Below are positions 59,273-64,000 of a DNA stretch of 64,000 nt, piece after piece. The notes under the pieces were generated by a model. The model was not told the origin of the DNA, searched no databases, and was given only the letters and a program-made list of their open reading frames with translations. The stretch lies in NCBI RefSeq assembly GCF_964194155.1, contig NC_135903.1:1550001-1614000 (forward strand), in the 5' to 3' direction. The stretch comes from Cetorhinus maximus. Lineage: Eukaryota. The translations under genes were made by a program, and so were the position numbers. The first letter of the stretch is position 1, and the number at the start of each line of letters is the position of its first letter.

Positions 59273-61215
59273 GAATAAAGTAATGGGATTAAACAGAATA
59301 ATTGAGAATGTTAAGTATGTGATAAATGTTGATGTGTTTGAGGTAATGGCAGATCTAGGGGTTAGTGGATAGCTTGTTAAAATGCTCCATTCAATATTCA
59401 CAGGTGGTCTCAAAAGCAAATACTGCACAGCTGGGGGTATGATATAACATGAAGGAGGTGATGTTGACTTATATCTGGACTTGGTGAGAGTATGTTCAGT
59501 TTATGGTGGAATTACAGGTAGGAGTTCAGAGGAGAGTTAGTGGCTCCTGGAGTTAGTGAGTGAGCCAAACTCCACTCTCTATAGAATAGGAGTGTTTGAT
59601 AGAGTTCACAGAATCACAGTGCAGAAGAGGCCCTTCGGCCCATCGAGTCTGCACTGACACGTGAGAAACACCTGACCTACCTACCTAATCCCATTTACCA
59701 GCACTTGGCCCATAGCCTTGAATGTTATGACATGTTATGACAAGTGCTCATCCAAGTACTTTTTAAAAGATGTGAGGCAACCCGCCTCCACCATCCCCCG
59801 AGGCAGTGCATTCCAGACTGTCATCACCCTCTGGGTAAAAAAGTTTTTCCTCACATCCCCCCTAAACCTCCTGTCCCTCACCTTGAACTTATGCCCCCTT
59901 GTGACTGACCCTTCAACTAAGGGAAACAGCTGCTCCTTATCCACCCTGTCCATGCCCCTCATAATCTTGTACACCTCGATCAGGTCACCCCTCAGTCTTC
60001 TCTGCTCCAACGAAAACAACCCAAGTTTATCCAACCTCTCTTCATAACTTAAATGTTTCATCCCAGGCAACATCGTGGTGTATCTCCTCTGCACCCCCTC
60101 CAGTGCAATCACATCCTTCTTATAATGTGGTGACCAGAACTGCACACAGTACTCCAGCTGTGGCCTCACCAAAGTTCTATACAACTCCAACATGACCTCC
60201 CTGCTTCTGTAATCTATGCCTTGATTGATAAAGGCAAGTGTCCCATATGCCTTTTTCACCACCCCACTAACATGCCCCTCTGCCTTCAGAGATATATGGA
60301 CACACACGCCAAGGTCCCTTTGTTGCTCAGAACTTCCTAGTGCCATGCCGTTCATTGAATACTTCCTTGTCAAATTACTCCTTCCAAAGTGTATCACCTC
60401 ACACTTTTCAGGTTACATTCCATCTGCCACTTATCTGCCCATTTGACCATCCCATCTATATCTTCCTGTAGCCCAAGACATTCAACCTCACTGTTAACCA
60501 CCCGGCCAATCTTTGTGTCATCCGCAAACTTACTAATGCTACCCCCCACTTAGTCATCTATGTCGTTTATATAAATGACAAATGATAGGGGACCCAGCAC
60601 AGATCCCTGTGGTACACCACTGGACACTGGCTTCCAGTCACTAAAGCATCCTTCTGTCATCACCCTCTTCCTCCTACAACTAAGCCAGTTTTGAGTCCAC
60701 CTTATCAAATTACCCTGTATCCCATGTGCATTTGCCTTCTTTATAAGTCTCCCATGTGGGACCTTGTCAAAGGCTTTGCTGAAATCCATATAAATTACAT
60801 CAGCTGCACTACCCTCATCTACACACCTGGTCACCTCCTCAAAAAATTCAATCAAATTTGTTAGGCATGACCTCCCTCTGAAAAAGCCATGCTGACTATC
60901 CCTGATCAAACCTTGCCTCTCCAAGTGGAGATAGATACTCTCCTTCAGAACTTTCTCCAATAGTTTCCCTACCACTGACGTGAGATTCACTGGCCTGTAG
61001 TTCCCTGGCTTATCTCTATAACCCTTCTTAAATAGCGGAACCACATTAGCTGTTCTCCAGTCCTCTGGCACCTCCCCTGTGGCCAGAGAGGAATTAAAAA
61101 TTTGGGTCAGAGCCCCTGCGATCTCCTCCCTTGCCTCCCTCAGCAGTCTGGGACACAAATCATCCGGACCTGGAGATTTGTCCACTTTTAAGCCTGGCAA
61201 CATCCCCAATACCCT

Positions 61216-61338
61216 AAACAAAAACAGAATTACCTGGAAAAACTCAGCAAGTCTGGCAGCATCGGCGGAGAAGAAATCAGTTAACGTTTCGAGCCTTCAT
61301 GGCCCTTCGGCAGAACTGCGTTTTAGCTTTTTGTTTTT
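61216..61338. mobile_element. Penelope-like short insertion, 14-bp TSD, carrying a hammerhead-like motif
   Basis: ATCCCCAATACCCT at 61202-61215 and 61339-61352. Confidence 0.75.
61278..61318 (-). ncRNA. Minimal type-I hammerhead ribozyme-like motif (variant core)
   Basis: CAGUU-CUGCCGA-A-GGGCC-AUGAA-GGCUC-GAAA-CGUU-AACUG: stems I and II pair, stem III is palindromic. Confidence 0.5.
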
Positions 61339-62692
61339 ATCCCCAATACCCTGTCGCTCCCTATATCAATTTGCTCAAGAACCTCACAGTCTCTCTCTCC
61401 GAGTTCGATACCTTCATCCTCATTCTCTTGGGTGAAGACGGACATGAAGTATTCATTCAACACTCTAGCAATGTCCTCTGGCTCCACCCATAGACTGCCC
61501 CCTTGGTCCCTTATGGGCCCTACTCTTTCCCTGGTTATCCTCTTCCCATTGATATACATAGAATATCTTGGGATTTTCCCTACTTTTACCAGCCTGAGCA
61601 TTCTCATATCCCCTCCTTGCTCTCCTAATTGCTTTCTTAAGCTCCACCCTGCACTGTCTGTACTCCACTAATGCCTCTGCTGATTTGCTTCCCTTGTACC
61701 TGCTAAAAGCCTCTCTTTTCCTTCCTATCGTATCCTGAATATCTCTGGTTATCCATGGTTCTCTGGGCTTGTTACTCCTTCTTATCACCCTAGAGGGAAC
61801 ATGTTGAGCCTGTACCCTCCCCATTTCCTTTTTGAACACCCTCCACTGCTCCTCTGTGGATTTCAAATTAAATTCAAATTCCACCATCAGCCATGGCAGG
61901 ATTCAAACCTGGGTCCCCAGAGCATTACCCTGGGTCTCTGGATTACTAACCCAGCGACAATACCACTACGCCATCACTTCCCCTCTTCAAGATTTTCCCA
62001 GGAATGGCAAGTTTAGATTAAAAATTTCTGTCAAGCACATGATTTGAGGACTGGGGATATAGATTAAAGTCATGGGTGCTAGAATAAATAATGGCACACA
62101 ATTTTCTTTGGAAAGAGTGGTAAATCCATTCTATAAATCTATCAGTCAAGGCGATGAAATATAATATCTGGTCATGTATTAAAAATATCTGGATGAATTC
62201 ATATTAGTATGTAGGATATAGAACTATTAATTCCAGAATCACAGAAAATACCCCAGCAGAAGATTTGGAAGGGTAGGCTAGAGGAATCAATGATCAGTTC
62301 AAAACATTAATCAGTACAAACAGAAAATATTGGAAATACTCAGCAGGTCAGGCAGCATCTGTGGAGTTAACGTTTCAGGTTGATGACCTTTCCTCAGTTA
62401 GTGTTTGGTTTTTATAAATTGCTGCACTTTGAGAAATGTAAAATTTGTATGTTGACTTTTAGAGATCAAGTGGAACAAACTTGTAAGCAATGTGCGTATA
62501 ACATTAAAGCTGGATTAAGTGAAGAGCAAAAACATTTTTATAAAGTTGTGCAGTGTTTACCAAACAGCAAACCAAACCAAATATTCCAATGCAATGTACA
62601 ATAGGAAGCTGCAGGTACTTAAATTGCATGCCATTTGCACTTTTTTCACACAATGTTGAGGCAAGTTGCTGATTTTATTTCCTCCTTGTTAG

Positions 62693-62782
62693 CTTTTACG
62701 GAAATGTATCTTGCAAATGGCACGTCCTGTGGTGGAAGGAAAGTTGGGAAGCCCTCCATTTGAAAAACCAAGCATTGAGCAG
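62693..62782 (+). CDS. KAT2A: KAT2A coding exon 4 (gene continues beyond the window)
   Basis: ttag|LLRKCILQMARPVVEGKLGSPPFEKPSIEQ|gtgagg. Confidence 0.95.
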
Positions 62783-64000
62783 GTGAGGTTTAATGACTGG
62801 AAGTTTGAGTGTGATTGTAGTTTTGACTGGATTATGAGTGTTGGAGGAGAATATTCCACAAAATCTAAATTTTACAAGATTAAATTTTGTAAGCCTAGTG
62901 GGAGTGAAAATAGTCTTTTTTATCAAAAATAGAAACACAATAAATACTTGTGGCTAAAATGTAAAACTTTGACTGTGCCATAGTAAGAATCTAAAAGTAG
63001 GCAGTTATAAATATTGTAGACTAAAATAATGTCACTGAGCAGAAAGACACAGCCATTCACCTTAGTCTTCTGTATTGATATATTCTTTAGGTGGGGGTAA
63101 AGCATTGCTAAGTTTTATTGCTTTGTTTCATAACTATATGTATTGATGTGCTTATCTTTCAAATAAGCCAACATAGTGTATTTTGTAGAAATTGCTCATT
63201 GGTTTACGGAAGGATTTCTTAAATGTTTTCACCTTTTGAAGTTGAAACGAATGGTGAGCATAGATGTTTCCTAAACAGCACTGGACCCCTAGATGGGAGA
63301 TCTCAACCTGAACCTCATTCTGACATGTCATTAACACTTGGACACCCTCACTCCAACGATAAATTTGTCCCGCTTGGCATTTTTTTCCCAAAATTGAGAA
63401 ACACGGTGACAGCCTAAAGCCTATTCTATGGGACACCGTCAGGCATGAAAGAATTAAAGAGAAACAGAGGTAAATCAAACAGTAATGTGTTATGACTCAG
63501 CAGTTGGTAGAGGGAAACTTTAGACAACTGTCATAACCTATACTTTTAAGTGGTATGTTTGAGATGCAGCTCTAAATTCAGGAATCAGACTACCAGTTCT
63601 CGAGAGGTTTTTATATCAAACTACATGAGACATTTATTAACTTACACAAGTTAAATATATACACATGGCTACAAATTACTACTATCATAACTTTTAACAA
63701 GTTCCCAAACTAATCTCCACTAAGGCAACAGCAACCCATAGACTTTAAGCAGACACCAGGCAAAGCATTTTTACTTTACAAATTCAAAATGAGGTTCCTT
63801 TGACTTTGGTTTCTTTGCAGACACAGTGATAGGCTTACAGGCTTTGATCTTACATTGCTTCTGCCCTGCACACACAAAACTACTATCGGTTATACTCAGC
63901 ACATCTTATTGAATGTAAATTCTCATTGTATCACCAGCCCCTTTGAACTCCACCTCTTCTAACAATAAAACCCCTTTCATAGTACCAATTTTATTAGTAA

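Larger units (their letters stand above)
59605..61860 (-). mobile_element. 5'-truncated CR1 in KAT2A intron 3
   Basis: RT ORFs 60550-61221 and 59735-60397 (DFSKAFDKV, GVPQGSVLGP, LVRPQLEYCVQFWSP). Confidence 0.92.

Overview
Vertebrate genomic DNA, most likely a shark or ray, judging from the CR1, Penelope, Harbinger and tRNA-SINE repertoire. The left two-thirds (1-42 kb) is an array of eight intact, intronless hsp30-type small heat-shock (alpha-crystallin domain) genes. Two are on + and six on -, each with its own HSE/TATA promoter. They are arranged as a large inverted repeat plus a ~6.8-kb two-gene tandem duplication, and they show mosaic (gene-conversion-like) identity and a stub of a deleted ninth copy. 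The centre of the inverted repeat (8.6-21 kb) holds nested TEs, including a Gypsy-like LTR remnant carrying an intronless TPR (nucleoporin)-like coiled-coil frame. The right third contains a three-exon, 25-codon RPL41/eL41 gene that the ORF track misses (minus strand, 46698-52760). It is head-to-head (338 bp ATG to ATG) with the first four coding exons of KAT2A/GCN5 across a ZNF143/NRF1/RFX-motif CpG-island promoter. All calls come from reading the sequence and from recalled protein families; no searches were run.
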